A stretch of DNA of 64,000 bases, taken from contig NC_043004.1 in assembly GCF_006345805.1 (NCBI RefSeq), positions 97,588,001-97,652,000 on the forward strand, given 5' to 3'. Position numbers and translations under genes: made by a program. Below the pieces are notes generated by a model. The model had not been told where the DNA came from. It saw nothing but the letters and a program-made list of their open reading frames with translations, and did not search any database. This DNA comes from Octopus sinensis. Its lineage: Eukaryota. Positions 10,561 to 22,199 of this stretch are shown piece by piece. Position 1 is the first letter of the stretch. Each line of letters opens with the position of its first letter.

Positions 10561-11469
10561 GTATATGTCTATATTTATGCATGTATGTATATGTACATGA
10601 ACATGAATGTGTGTGTGACTGTATATATATATATATGTATACACACACTCACTTTATTTGTGGATTAACAAGGCAACCAATGGTTTCACGTGAAAAGATC
10701 TTCGCAATTGTTCAAGCGCACCGCAAACATTTGCTCGGGAATGAAATTTGCTTAGGCTGTGCAAATCAAGGTCCGAATTTTTTTTACAAAGTCTTATTGC
10801 TTTTTCTTTAATGTTATTTAATCTTGTTCTTTGAAAAGAAACTTAACTTCATGCTGCTTTTTACAGATCACTTTTGACGCAATTCTCTAAACACGAGAAA
10901 AATAAATAGAGTTGCAAATTTTTATTTTGTACCCCACAAAAGTTTTATGGGGTGCCCCTGCACTACTTGCACCCCATGTTTCCGGGCCCATGACCACAAG
11001 GAAGTGTTGGCACTCGTCTCCTTTCTGGATGAGGATACTCGAGATTACACGAGACTGAACGGGATATCGAAATAAATACACAGACCACAATAAGTAACTT
11101 ATAAGAATATCTTAATTGTTATCTCTCTTGTATTAGCCCTGGATTTTCACAAGAAATTATGATCACCAGAGATTAATTCATTCTTGAATTATCTTACCTC
11201 TAGTGATAGGTAAGTAAATAAATGCCAGATGACCGATGCGGAAGAAAGCTGTGAATGTGAAAGACTACAGAAGACATATGCAGAGATGATGAGAGATAAT
11301 CATAGGATTTTGAATGATGCAAAAGAGATGACAAGGGAACATAACAACTAGCATATTTGTAAATCCTACCCAACGCAGGCAAATGGAAATCATGAAGGCA
11401 GAAAATTGTAATGACGATGGTGATATACAGTAATGAGTGTTTTTTATATTTATAAAAACAACATTAGTA

Positions 11470-11838
11470 GTATAGGAGCACTCCGTCGGTTACGACGATG
11501 AGGGTCCCAGCTGATACGATCAACGGAACAGCCTGCTCGTGGAATTAACGTGCAAGTGGCTGAGCATTCCACAGACACGTGTACCATTAACGTAGTTCTC
11601 GAGGAGATTCAGCGTGACACAGTGTGTGACAAGGCTGGCCCTTTGAAATACAGGTAAGAGTGAGAGAAAGTTGTGGTGAAAGAGTACAGCAGGGTTCACC
11701 ACCATCCCCTGCCGGAGCCTCGTGGAGCTTTAGGTGTTTTCGCTCAATAAACACTCACAATGCCCGGTCTGGGAATCGGAACCGCGATCCTACGACCGCG
11801 AGTCCGCTGCCCTAACCACTGGGCCATTGCGCCTCCAC
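11470..11838 (-). mobile_element. tRNA-derived SINE H1+T1, full length
   Basis: Reverse complement of the 4116-4501 type. 12-bp TSD ACAACATTAGTA at 11458-11469 and 11839-11850. Confidence 0.93.
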
Positions 11839-12020
11839 ACAACATTAGTAAAGGTTCTAAGTACATGTAAAGAATGTGCAATATTAGATATCTCTTTTTG
11901 TTTTATTAAGTGTAGTTCTGACGTTTTAATAATTATGTGAATGGTTCAATATGCGTGTACAATATTAGTGTATGCCAATGCAAAACGGTCATTGGGTTGC
12001 TTCCCTTTACATCCAAAAGT

Positions 12021-12308
12021 GGAGGCGCAATGGCCTAGTGGTTAGGGCAGCGGACTCGCGGTCGCAGGATCGCGGTTTCGATTCCCAGACCGGGCGTTGT
12101 GTGTGTTTATTGAGCGAAAACACCTAAAAGCTCCACGAGGCCCCGACAAGGGGTGGTGATCCCTGCTGTACTCTTTCACCACTCTTTCTTCTGTTGGCCT
12201 GCTCGCTTAGCCAGCGGGGTGGCGTCATTCGAAGGCTAAAACAATGCGAACGCATTGTGACCAGCGATGTGTAACAGCATCTGATGGTCTGGTCGGTCAC
12301 GTGACGTG
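12021..12308 (+). mobile_element. SINE with head H1 and an RTE-related tail (T2)
   Basis: H1 head to about 12190, then TGGCCTGCTCGCTTAGCCAGCGGGG..TGTGACCAGCGATGTG..CTGGTCGGTCACGTGA. 12-bp TSD ACATCCAAAAGT at 12009-12020 and 12309-12320. Confidence 0.92.
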
Positions 12309-12516
12309 ACATCCAAAAGTAAACTCAGCCAGTCAACACACAGGGATTGATCCAATACCAGACGAAAATAAGAGTAGGATCGATATAATTAACAGAAATA
12401 CTTGAAAACGCTGCTCCAACATGGCTAGAATCTAGTGACTGAAACCAAGCCATCAAAAAAGTAAAGGAGTATCATACACAAACTATTTTGGCGATTTCCT
12501 TTCTCTTTTTCTTCCT

Positions 12517-12551
<35 letters not shown>

Positions 12552-14804
12552 CTCCTTTCTATTTCTCTGTCTTTCTCTCATAAAACCACTGTAGAATATC
12601 CAGTGTGATGTTTTCGTTATTTAAATTGGTTTCGCCCAAAATTTTCGCCCTAGATATAATGGTTGTGAAGTGAAGAGAGTTACAGCGATTAGCGGCAAAT
12701 GCATGTAATACAGTAACTTTTCTGAAAACCGACAGCCTTCATTGCATTTGATTGTATCCTGGTTATAAAGAAGATATGTTCACACATGGCATGCATCATG
12801 AAAATGGACACTTAGAGAGATATTTGTCGTATAAATTTGTCATTGCTCTCGCACACATTTTCTAAAGCCAAATCTCTCTTTTAGATGTCATCAATCTCGT
12901 GTATTATTTAGAGCACGAGATATTGTGCATAAAAGGAGCGAACATTGGCATTAGAGGCGTAAAAATGGGGGGAAAAAATGACCTGCTGTCGTGATATTTG
13001 CATAGAATATCTTATTCAAAATCCAGTTAACAATGTGGTGTCGAGGTTACAACTGATTATTGTGTATTTGTCAGATGTAAGCACAACGTAGGTTTTCTGT
13101 GAAAACTCGGGAGATTTACTGAACGATACACAACCAACGGTTTTAACTTAAAAATCTTCGCCTGACCTTTCTTCAAATAGAAGTGCCAAGCGATCCTTAC
13201 AACGCTGGAAACTTGGTTGAGTTTGTTCATTTTAAAAAAATGCGACTTCTCGAAGCCATTCTTTTCCAAAATAATCCGGTTTCATTCCTATTATATATTT
13301 GTTTTCTTCGATCATTTTTTTTCATCGCAAAAAGGCAGTGCATTGAGCTTCAACTTTATCAGTACTGGATGACTCTCTACAAATTTTTACATTAATTCTA
13401 TTCTATTCTTAAATCGTTCAAACGAGCAATCATTTACATCGAATGTCTTTTCAGTTCTGGTGCGATTACCATTATTTTTCCTGGCTATAAATAATACCCT
13501 TAAAGCTTTTGCTTAAATCATAGCTTTGCAAAGAAAAATACAATTTTTATCAAAATCCTAAATCTATACAGTAAAAAGACGTTGCATTTCTATCAAGGTA
13601 ATGCTTCTACTGCTTGTAGAAGATTGCAAACTACAAAAACTCGGCTGTAATTTTCTTACTTTTATTCCAGTTATATTCTGTAGGGTCGATTCATGCTAAC
13701 CAAGATCTTAGCCAAATCTCAAACCACGACTTAGATCGAACTGAGGATACGCTAAAAGATAATTAATAGATCCCGGTACTGCGCATGGAAATTCGTTCTA
13801 GGAACCACTAGATTGCGAAGCAAACTTTCGAACCACGTTAGCATGTCGACTTTAAACCAACAAATTTTATTGAATTCTGTTTGCATTTGAACAGACTGAA
13901 GCGAGCAGTCATATGTTTCCGCCTCCATCGAAAGTGCAATAGTTAAAAGTTTGAACCCGTGATCATATTATCTGCTGGTTTGCACCTTAACCCCACAGCT
14001 ATTGTATCACATCAGAATTATAATTTGCAATTTGGTTCTACTCAGTTGAAGACAGTTAGCTGGGAATGGTGCAGAAAAGTTTGTATGAGGTAATGCACAT
14101 GTTCTGCATTTTCTGCATCAGTTTATCAAGGATTCAATTGATGCTCGTTAATCCGGAACAATGGAGAGAATCTTATTGAATTATCATCACCTTTTGCATG
14201 TCAACTTATATAATTATCAACTTTCCATGTCCTTTATATACACGATTAAACAGCCAGGAATGAGAGGTGGCAAGGATCTGTAACGAAATATCTTTGCATT
14301 GTTATATAGTGAAGAAAGCTTAGTGAATTAACTGATATTTTTCCAGACCCGCCGTTCCAAAGCCTTGTTAGATTATCCACCTTGCTGGGCCAACAGCAGT
14401 CACATAATTATTCAACATTACCACTTTGACCTATCTCACCATGACCTATCTCCCATCATGGAATGTTAGAATCTTAAAGTAATCTAATATTAAACATATA
14501 TTGAATTAAACGATTAAATGAAATAGAAATGCATTAGTATAAAGTTATGTGGTATGAAGTTACACGACAGGTATTTATGCTTAATGTTTCACTCTAACGT
14601 GTGCTGTTCTTCATACAAGAACCATAGCTGGCATTATCGAATATCAACAGCGATCGTTGTTTATATTTGACATAGTTGTTGTTTGTTTGGCCCAGTGTTA
14701 GATCAATTTAAGCAGGCCTGTGAACCATAAATATTCCAATGAATGAAAACCATCACGTTTTTTTCTCAGACATGTTCACACACACACGCGCACACGCACC
14801 CAAG

Positions 14805-15240
14805 TCCGAGGTGCATTCCGAGGGTTTTCAAGAGAGACATTTATTTAATTTCAAAGAAGTACAAAAATTGTAATATCCTTCAAAGTAAAATCCTCTGACT
14901 TCAATGGACTAGTTGTAGTGACCAGCCACTTTGTGAAGACCCCGCCCCCCATGGAAATCCTTCAAAGTGAAGGTGTCCAGAATCCTCGTCACAGACTCCA
15001 TTTTCTCAATGCCTTCAAAACGACTTCCCTAGAGGTTCTCTTTCAGCTTGGGGAATAACCAAAAGTCACAGAGAACAAGGTTTGGATTGAACGGACGATG
15101 AGGGAGAGTTTTGATATTCATCTCTGTAAGGTAGTTCGTTACCAGGATGGAATCCTGATAAGCAGTGTTTAGCAGTAACCTGTGACAAGCAGTGTTTTCA
15201 AAGCAGAGCATTTTCAAAGTGTAGTTGCAGCCATCTCCTT
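14805..15240 (-). pseudogene. mariner transposase C-terminal relic
   Basis: NYLTEMNIKTLPHRPFNPNLVLCDFWLFPKLKENL*GSRF is a decayed PHPPYSPDLAPCDFWLFPKLK motif. Confidence 0.8.
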
Positions 15241-15366
15241 CAACCTAGAATAAAAATTGTGGCAGGTCAGATTATAATAGGTATAGTAACGATATACTAA
15301 AATCACAATAATATTGGACATTACAATAATATAGGACATTAATAACTGCTTCATCGGAAAAGAGTC

Positions 15367-15929
15367 TTGGGTTGTCCGGAAAGTTCGTGCCGATTTTTAA
15401 AGTAAAGAAAAAGGTCAATAAATACTTGCCGTTACATTTTTAATCAACCAAATATGAACCCCATTTTGTTGCAAAATGTGTCTCCATCTTCAACTTGAAA
15501 ATACTCTCTTCCCAGAATTGAGGTGGTTTCATGGCAAAGAATTCATCAAGGCACCTTTTTACGTAATCCAAGGAATTGAAATTTTTACTATTAAGACTAT
15601 TCTGTAGAGACCTGAATAAGTGGAAATCCGAAGGAGCAATATCTGGTGAATATGGAGGGTGGGGTAACACATCCCAGCCAAGCTGCAGCAGTTTTTGTCT
15701 GGTTCCCAAAGCATCAAGTGCCGAAAATGAACTTTCTTATCTTCCATTTTAAAGGGTTACCGAATTAACACAGGTTATAGCAACATAAAGCTTCTTCCAC
15801 GAAAAGATAGCTTAAATTGTGCTCTGAATGGAGGTGTAGTCAAATCCTATTTTATAGACTCAACAATGTTCTAAAATAAGTCGAAATGTAAGCTACGATA
15901 AATCGGCACGAACTTTCCGGACAACCCAA
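15367..15929 (-). mobile_element. Internally deleted mariner, 563 bp, with intact TIRs
   Basis: 30-bp TIRs TTGGGTTGTCCGGAAAGTTCGTGCCGATTT at 15367-15396 and 15900-15929, with TA at the right flank. N-terminus MEDKKVHFRHLMLWE is joined to C-terminus LGWDVLPHPPYSPDIAPSDFHLFRSLQN. Confidence 0.92.
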
Positions 15930-16339
15930 TACATTAGCAAACGTGCCATTACTGTTTTTATGACTCCGAGGAGTTAAATAGCTGGAAATGTCACTGTTCG
16001 TTGTAGCACGTCGATCTACAATTTAGAGACTCCTTTGATCACTGAGCCAACTGAACGTTATTTACGATGTTAACAATGTTGTGATAACAAATATTTAACT
16101 AATTTCGTAAAGGATTAGCAAACATTTACTAATTGCTGGCAACGCTTTTTATTGTCATTACACAGCTAATGTCTCATACCACTTTTGAAACGCGCTGCCT
16201 TATATGAAGCAATGTAGTCGTGTTTTTCTAGGAAGTCAAATGACTGCGTAGAGTTCCTCTTATTAATCTGCTGTTAATATAAACAGTACAGTTATTTCCT
16301 TTAACAAACCCTCTGTAATTTAGAATTAAAATTAAATGA

Positions 16340-16760
16340 GGATCTTTTCGGTTTGAACGGCAGTTTTTTCTAGCGGTTTCATATGAAATTGTCACCCATA
16401 ATTATGACTCTAGTATCGATCTATTGCATTTCAATCTGTTTTAGGGTTAGGGTTAGGGGTAGAGGTAGGGGAAGGGTGTCTTTTTTTCTTCACAAATGTA
16501 AATAAACCCAATCTGTTTCTTAAACGAGGGACATATTCATACGGCACAGAATGTTTTTTAACTCAATACACGTCATTGATTGGTTGAAATCGCAGAAATT
16601 GAAGAAAAAAAACACAAATATCTTACAAACTATAGAATTTTCTCAATAAAGCCAAGAGAAAAAGATGTTTTATAAACACATTCTACCAGTATACGAAGTT
16701 TAACATTTTTTAGTTACCTAGAAATTATGTTAAAAACTGCCGTTCAAACCGAAAAGATCC
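16340..16760. mobile_element. MITE with 29-bp perfect TIRs and internal TTAGGG repeats
   Basis: GGATCTTTTCGGTTTGAACGGCAGTTTTT at 16340-16368 and its exact reverse complement at 16732-16760. TTAGGGTTAGGGTTAGGGG from 16441. Confidence 0.88.
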
Positions 16761-17148
16761 CTAAGTGATTCTAACTGACAACGCCAATGAATCAGGCTGC
16801 TCCGTTCGCAACAATATTTTCTGTGTTACTTGTATATGTTAATTGTTATGTGTATATAAATTTGCTTGACAGCTAGGGTTTAGCATTACACAAAATAAAC
16901 CAAGAACTAATCGAATCAAAAAAGATTCACCGGAACAGTAATTCAATTATTCACTTATGATAATTTTTTTCAATAGTAAATTCATTGATTCGAGAATTCC
17001 GACATATCAATCACTCGTTCACAGGGTTTTTTTTTAAAGGAGATAACAACAAGGGCGTGTCACTTATTTCGGTTTCTCGCTGACATACATCAGCGAAAGA
17101 CATACAGATTTAAATATGCGTGCGTGCGCGCGCTCACACACATGCATA

Positions 17149-17362
17149 GGCGAGCTGGCAGACTCGTTAGCACGCCGGGCGAAATGCGTAGCCGTATTTC
17201 GTCTGCTGTTACGTTCTGAGTTCAAATTCCGCTGAGGTCGACTTTGCCTTTCATCCTTTCGGGGTCGATAAATTAAGTACCAGTTACGCCCTGGGGTCGA
17301 TGTAATCGACATAATCCGTTTGTCCCCTCTGAGTTTAGCCCCTTGTGGGCAGTAGTGAAATA
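17149..17362 (+). mobile_element. Meta-like SINE monomer
   Basis: Head GGCGAGCTGGCAGACTCGTTAGCAC and the same body as the 1-882 array. Ends GTGAAATA. Confidence 0.88.
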
Positions 17363-17410
17363 CATATAGGGATACACAATTACATGCATATATACATTTG
17401 CACGTACATC

Positions 17411-17614
17411 TCTTACTCTTTTAACTGTTTCAGTCATTTGGGTGCGGCCATGCTGGAGCACCGCCTTTAGTCGAGCAAATGGATCCCCAGGACTTATTCT
17501 TTGGAAACCTAGTACTTATTCTATCGGTCTGTTTTGCCGAACCGCTAAGTTACGGGGACGTAAACACACCACCATTGTTTGTCAAGCGATGTTGGGGGAA
17601 CAAACATAGACACA

Positions 17615-17674
<60 letters not shown>

Positions 17675-17845
17675 CATATATATGACGGGCTTCTTTCAGT
17701 TTCCGTCTACAAAATCAACTCACAAGGCTTCGGTTGGTCCGAGGCTATAGTAGAAGACACTTGCCTAAGGTGCCACGCAGTGGGAATAAACCCAGAACCA
17801 CGTGGTTGGTTAGCAAGCTACTTACCACACAGCCACTCTTGCGCC
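17411..17845 (-). mobile_element. CORE-type SINE with expanded internal (CA)n
   Basis: Same family as 1261-1680. Confidence 0.88.
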
Positions 17846-18242
17846 TTTTTTGTATACTTTTTTTGTAAAATAACATGACTTTTTATAACAGCGGTAGTAT
17901 AGTACCTTGTAATGAAATAATAGACAACGTTCGGAAGGCTTAACAAGAACAATAATAATTTACTATAAGAGGAAGTGATGATAGCATTAAATCAAGGTTT
18001 GCTTGCCAGCATAAAGGGTATAGCACTCAAAGATATGGTATTACAGTGTCCTAAGTGAACAGAAGAACAGTTCGGGCGACGCGTTATAGGTTCACAAATC
18101 CAGGAAAAAGGTGTATGCATATTAAATATGTAACACTTACTGTTACTGTATATTGTAAAATGTGAACATGGTAGATGTTCGAACAGTCCGTAAATGGTAA
18201 GACTTCCTTTTGTACCCCTCCAAACACCCCTTTTTTTTTATT

Positions 18243-18630
18243 TAATTTTTTTTTCTACACAAACCCCCGTTTTCGGCTACGGAGAATACGAATCTGCAAA
18301 AAAAAAAAAATTGGCATTTTGAAATTATCCGCCACCCCAATTCTTCACTTTTCACTTTTTTCAGAATTTTTTTTTTTTTTTTTTTTTTTGAAATATGCGG
18401 AAAAATACGGAGATTATGATTCTGAAAAAGTTTCCAAAAATGTTTCTACTTAGGGTTAGGGTTGAGATTTTAGGGTTAGGGTTACGGAAAAAAAAGTGAA
18501 AAATGAAGAAATCGGGGGGAAGCGGGTAATGCGAGAGCAAGCAATTTCAAAATTCCGATTTTTGGAAATTTTCTGGAATCTCCGTATCCGTAAACGTGGG
18601 TTTTTGGCAGAAAAAAACCCAACTTTCTAA
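18243..18630. mobile_element. Fold-back element with imperfect arms of about 120-140 bp and central TTAGGG repeats
   Basis: Left arm AAACCCCCGTTTTCGGCTACGGAGA..TTTTGAAATT..TTCTTCACTTTTCACTTTTT is mirrored by AAAAAGTGAAAAATGAAGAA..AATTTCAAAA..TCTCCGTATCCGTAAACGTGGGTTT. TTAGGG copies lie at about 18449-18484. Confidence 0.7.
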
Positions 18631-19070
18631 TAATAATTAGCGAGAAAATGGGGAGGAGAGGACGGAAGAAAGTCTTTCCTTATAATTAGTTATTTAGTTC
18701 CAATGTATTTCTCCATTAGATGTTGTCCACGTGGTGGAGTTCAGCTACGCCTGCGACATGACACTGCATCTTACTCCCTTGGGGGCCTGGTTGGAACTGA
18801 CTAAAAATTTCCCGTGACTTTGATATAGGTGGCAATGTGTATCTATGCGCGAGGTAAAGCGGTTGGTTATACTAACCAAATAACGCAAAGATGGATAACA
18901 GTTCCGCTAAAGGGAAGTAGTGCTCCTACATACTCGATAAAATTCTGTATTAAGTGAATATATTTGTGTGGCCTAGAATCGCAATCTCATATTTACAGTT
19001 ACCATTGTAAAGCGGCAGTCATGTGAGGTGACATGTCCTGGTTATCAACAAATCGCCCGACATAAATATC

Positions 19071-19110
19071 ACTAGCATAAAGACCGCCCTCCGGGGGGTT
19101 TTCTGCTAGT
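19071..19110. other. 40-bp imperfect palindrome that reads as a Helitron-type 3' terminus on both strands
   Basis: ACTAGCATAAAGACCGCCCTCCGGGGGGTTTTCTGCTAGT gives a GC hairpin followed by CTAG|T in either direction. Confidence 0.55.
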
Positions 19111-19336
19111 CACTCGATAATATTTCCACATTTGATTCCCAATTCTAACAATTTTTATATTTTACGTCTAATTATTTCTTTGTAAAATAGTGCTCACTTG
19201 GCTAGTAAATATTGCTTTCATTATTTTATTAGTTATAATCTCTCTTTTTTAAAGAGTCAATATGTTATATATATATTTATCATTAACATTGGTAGAACTT
19301 ACATTAATAATTGGCAGAACTTACATAGGTGAACAG

Positions 19337-19409
19337 GATATATATATATATATATATATAGATAGATAGATAGATATAGATAGATAGATAGACAGACAGA
19401 TAGACAGAC

Positions 19410-19448
<39 letters not shown>

Positions 19449-19463
19449 CAGACAGACAAATAT

Positions 19464-19526
<63 letters not shown>

Positions 19527-19567
19527 AATAGATAGATAGATAGATAGATAGATAGACAGACAGACAA

Positions 19568-19632
<65 letters not shown>

Positions 19633-19687
19633 CAGAGACAGATATACAGACAGACAGACAGACAGACAGATAGATAGATAGACAGAC

Positions 19688-19758
<71 letters not shown>

Positions 19759-19860
19759 CCGGAAGGCAAGCAGACAGACAGACGGACGGACAGATAGATA
19801 GATAGATAGATAAATGGATGGATGGAGGGAGGGAGGGAGGCAGGGAGGCAGGGGGCAGGG
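19337..19860. repeat. Compound (TA)n-(GATA)n/(GACA)n microsatellite grading into GGAT/GGGA
   Basis: Direct reading. It generates the 'LSIY' pseudo-ORFs. Confidence 0.97.
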
Positions 19861-20084
19861 ATACACACGCACTCACACACATAAAAGTTTGATGCTGTGA
19901 GAACACATGGGAATGACGTTTCCTTTCCCTGTTGAGATATACACAAATTCACAATGATCTAATGTAACGATATCATTCATTCGGCATGTGTTGAAATATG
20001 CCAAAACAATTTAATTCCACGTAAATATATGTTAGTTTACATATATTGACAGGAAGGTGAAGAAGGAAGTAAGGGGAGGAGGGG

Positions 20085-20300
20085 AAAACCTTCTTGAAAG
20101 TTCCGTGGAAGGGGAGGTATGGAAGGACTTCATGGAATGTTCCGAGGGGAATGAAGGGAGAGAAGTGAGGAGGGGAAGCACTTCCTGGAAAGTTCCGAGG
20201 AAAGGTAGGAGCGGGAGGACTTTCTGCAAAGTTCCGAGGAGGGGGAGCAAAGGACTTCCTGGAAAGTTCCAAGGAGAGGAGGGAGAGGAAAGACTTTCAG
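20085..20300. repeat. Degenerate minisatellite: core GACTTCCTGGAAAGTTCCGAGG separated by variable purine-rich linkers
   Basis: AAAGTTCC-type cores at about 20097, 20136, 20189, 20228 and 20263, plus a partial copy at about 20293. Confidence 0.75.
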
Positions 20301-20345
20301 GAAATAATTCTATTTATTGAAACTTGCTAAAAAGCATATTTTGCT

Positions 20346-21000
20346 TTAAAGTAGCATCTCCTTGTAGACGCAATTGTCAGTAATCGTACTGTTTCCATTT
20401 CTCTCAGCCAATATCTTTACATTAGCCTTCTTTCGAACTTTTGATAATGCAACATACAGCTGACCATGTGAGAAGAATTGTGTCAGAAGATATATTCCAT
20501 TTTGTTCAAAAGTCTGTCCCTTAGACTTGTTGCACGTCAAAGCAAAAGCTGACTTGACAGGAAATTGTTTACGTGTAAATGTGAATGGAAATTCCATTTC
20601 TTGAGATACATGTGGTATTCTTGGGATTAGCAGAGTTGATCCTACATAAGAACCAGAAGCAACCTCATCCTCAATAACATGATCATGTAAACTGGCAACG
20701 ATGTAGTGTGTACCATTGCAATGCCCATTAGTAGCATCTAAATTTCTCAGAAGCATTATCCATCGCTTTTTCTTCTGTTTGAGAATGTGTGGTGGAAACC
20801 CTGATGGTGGAAGTTTGCTGATGAACTCGATTGGGCATAGAGTTTCATTATCAACTGTATCTGAGCTTCAGTATATTTTAGCTCACCAGAGATCCTGCTC
20901 AACAGAAAATCATTCACAAATTGTGCTGCTTCATTTGCTGGAGTAACGATGGTTCTATTTGCAAGCCACACAGGGTTTGTGAAGTTACTTTTGAGGTCAG
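20346..21000 (-). pseudogene. Helitron RepHel PIF1-type helicase C-terminal relic
   Basis: MLLRNLDATNGHCNGT..PRIP..FTRKQFPVKSAFALTCNKSKGQT..FFSHGQLYVALSKV..NCVYKEML*. A frameshifted upstream part reads NRTIVTPANEAAQFVND and PIEFISKLPPSGFPPHILK. Confidence 0.93.
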
Positions 21001-21029
21001 CATATACAAAATCCCATAGATCTGAAAGA

Positions 21030-21410
21030 GTACTACTTTCGAGGCAAAGAGAAAATAGAGAAGGAATACTATAGACAAGTTAGATTAATCCTGAAAACAG
21101 GGCTCAATGCGAAAAACAAGATAATAGGTATCAACACTAGCCCCAGTTATAAGTTACAGTTAAAATATTTGTAATTTGACTCTAAATGAGTTAACCAAAC
21201 TAGAAAGGAAAACAAAAAAAATACTGACTGAATTTAGGATGCACTACCTAAAATCTGACATAGAAAGGTTATATATACGAATTGAAGGTAGTAGAAGCCT
21301 TATTCAACTAGAAAACTATTATAAATTATCCACCATAGGATTACAGAAATATCTAATTCAGAAGCAAGGAAAACTGATATAAATAGCCATAAAACAGGAG
21401 CAAGACAAAG
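21030..21410 (+). pseudogene. R4-like RLE LINE reverse-transcriptase thumb relic
   Basis: KEKIEKEYYRQVRLILKTGLNAKNKIIGINT..ELTKLERKTKKILTEFRMHYLKSDIERLY resembles the ..RKTRK.LT...MHHPKSD.ERLY motif. Confidence 0.75.
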
Positions 21411-21838
21411 ACCATAATCGTCCCGAAAAGTGCATTAACTACAGCATTCGAGTGTTTTAGCTCTTATTTCTAGCAATGTAGGTGTTGTCTAACACCCTAT
21501 TCGCATTTAATGACATTTGTAATTCTCCTATTTGGTGAAACATTGCAAACTGCTGTTCATATTAATTTTATAATAATTATTATTATTTGAGGGAATATAA
21601 ATCCAAACTTACAGGGAAAAAAATAATTCAATTTAGAAATACTGAATCAAATTTCCCACAATATAATATATATATATAAAAAATTAGGAAAAAAACACCT
21701 TTTATCAATTCAAAATGAACAATTAAATTACACCATCTAGAAAATTACATATAATAGAAATATTAAAATTAAAATAGCAATAAAATATTAATGATTAAGT
21801 AAATTGCAAAAAAATAATAAAAACATATATAATTGGTA

Positions 21839-21882
<44 letters not shown>

Positions 21883-22199
21883 GACCATATATGTGAGTGT
21901 GTGTGTGTGGGGTGTGTGTGTGTGAGTGTGTGTGTGAAATGTTCATTTTATTTATTTATTAGTATCATTTTTATTACTTTTGTTTTACACAGTTGAATGG
22001 ACATTCTTTTATATTGAAACCCAAAGCAAAAGAGCGAATGAAGAAGATTTCTTCGTATTGTTTTCTGGGCCACCGCTATCTTTGTTACTAACATATCTCA
22101 TCATTTTTCTGTCCCTATGTTCTTTTGTCCCTTACGTCAGCAATAATTCATTCAGTCATATGCCTTTTCACACAGAGACAACAAAATATTTAGAAGCGA

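Noticed and set aside
16441-18484. True telomere or chromosome-fusion site
   Set aside because: Only 3-4 TTAGGG units occur, each inside an inverted-repeat element.
19299-19952. Long ORFs of 183-217 aa (LSIY/SIYL repeats)
   Set aside because: They are translations of the (GATA)n microsatellite in stop-free frames and have no protein complexity.
20085-20300. CRISPR-like repeat-spacer array
   Set aside because: The repeats are degenerate, the linkers are low-complexity purine tracts of unequal length, there are no cas genes, and the context is eukaryotic.
20346-20756. Functional host PIF1 helicase gene
   Set aside because: It is only the C-terminal part, frameshifted upstream and truncated by a LINE relic, and is intronless and Helitron-like.
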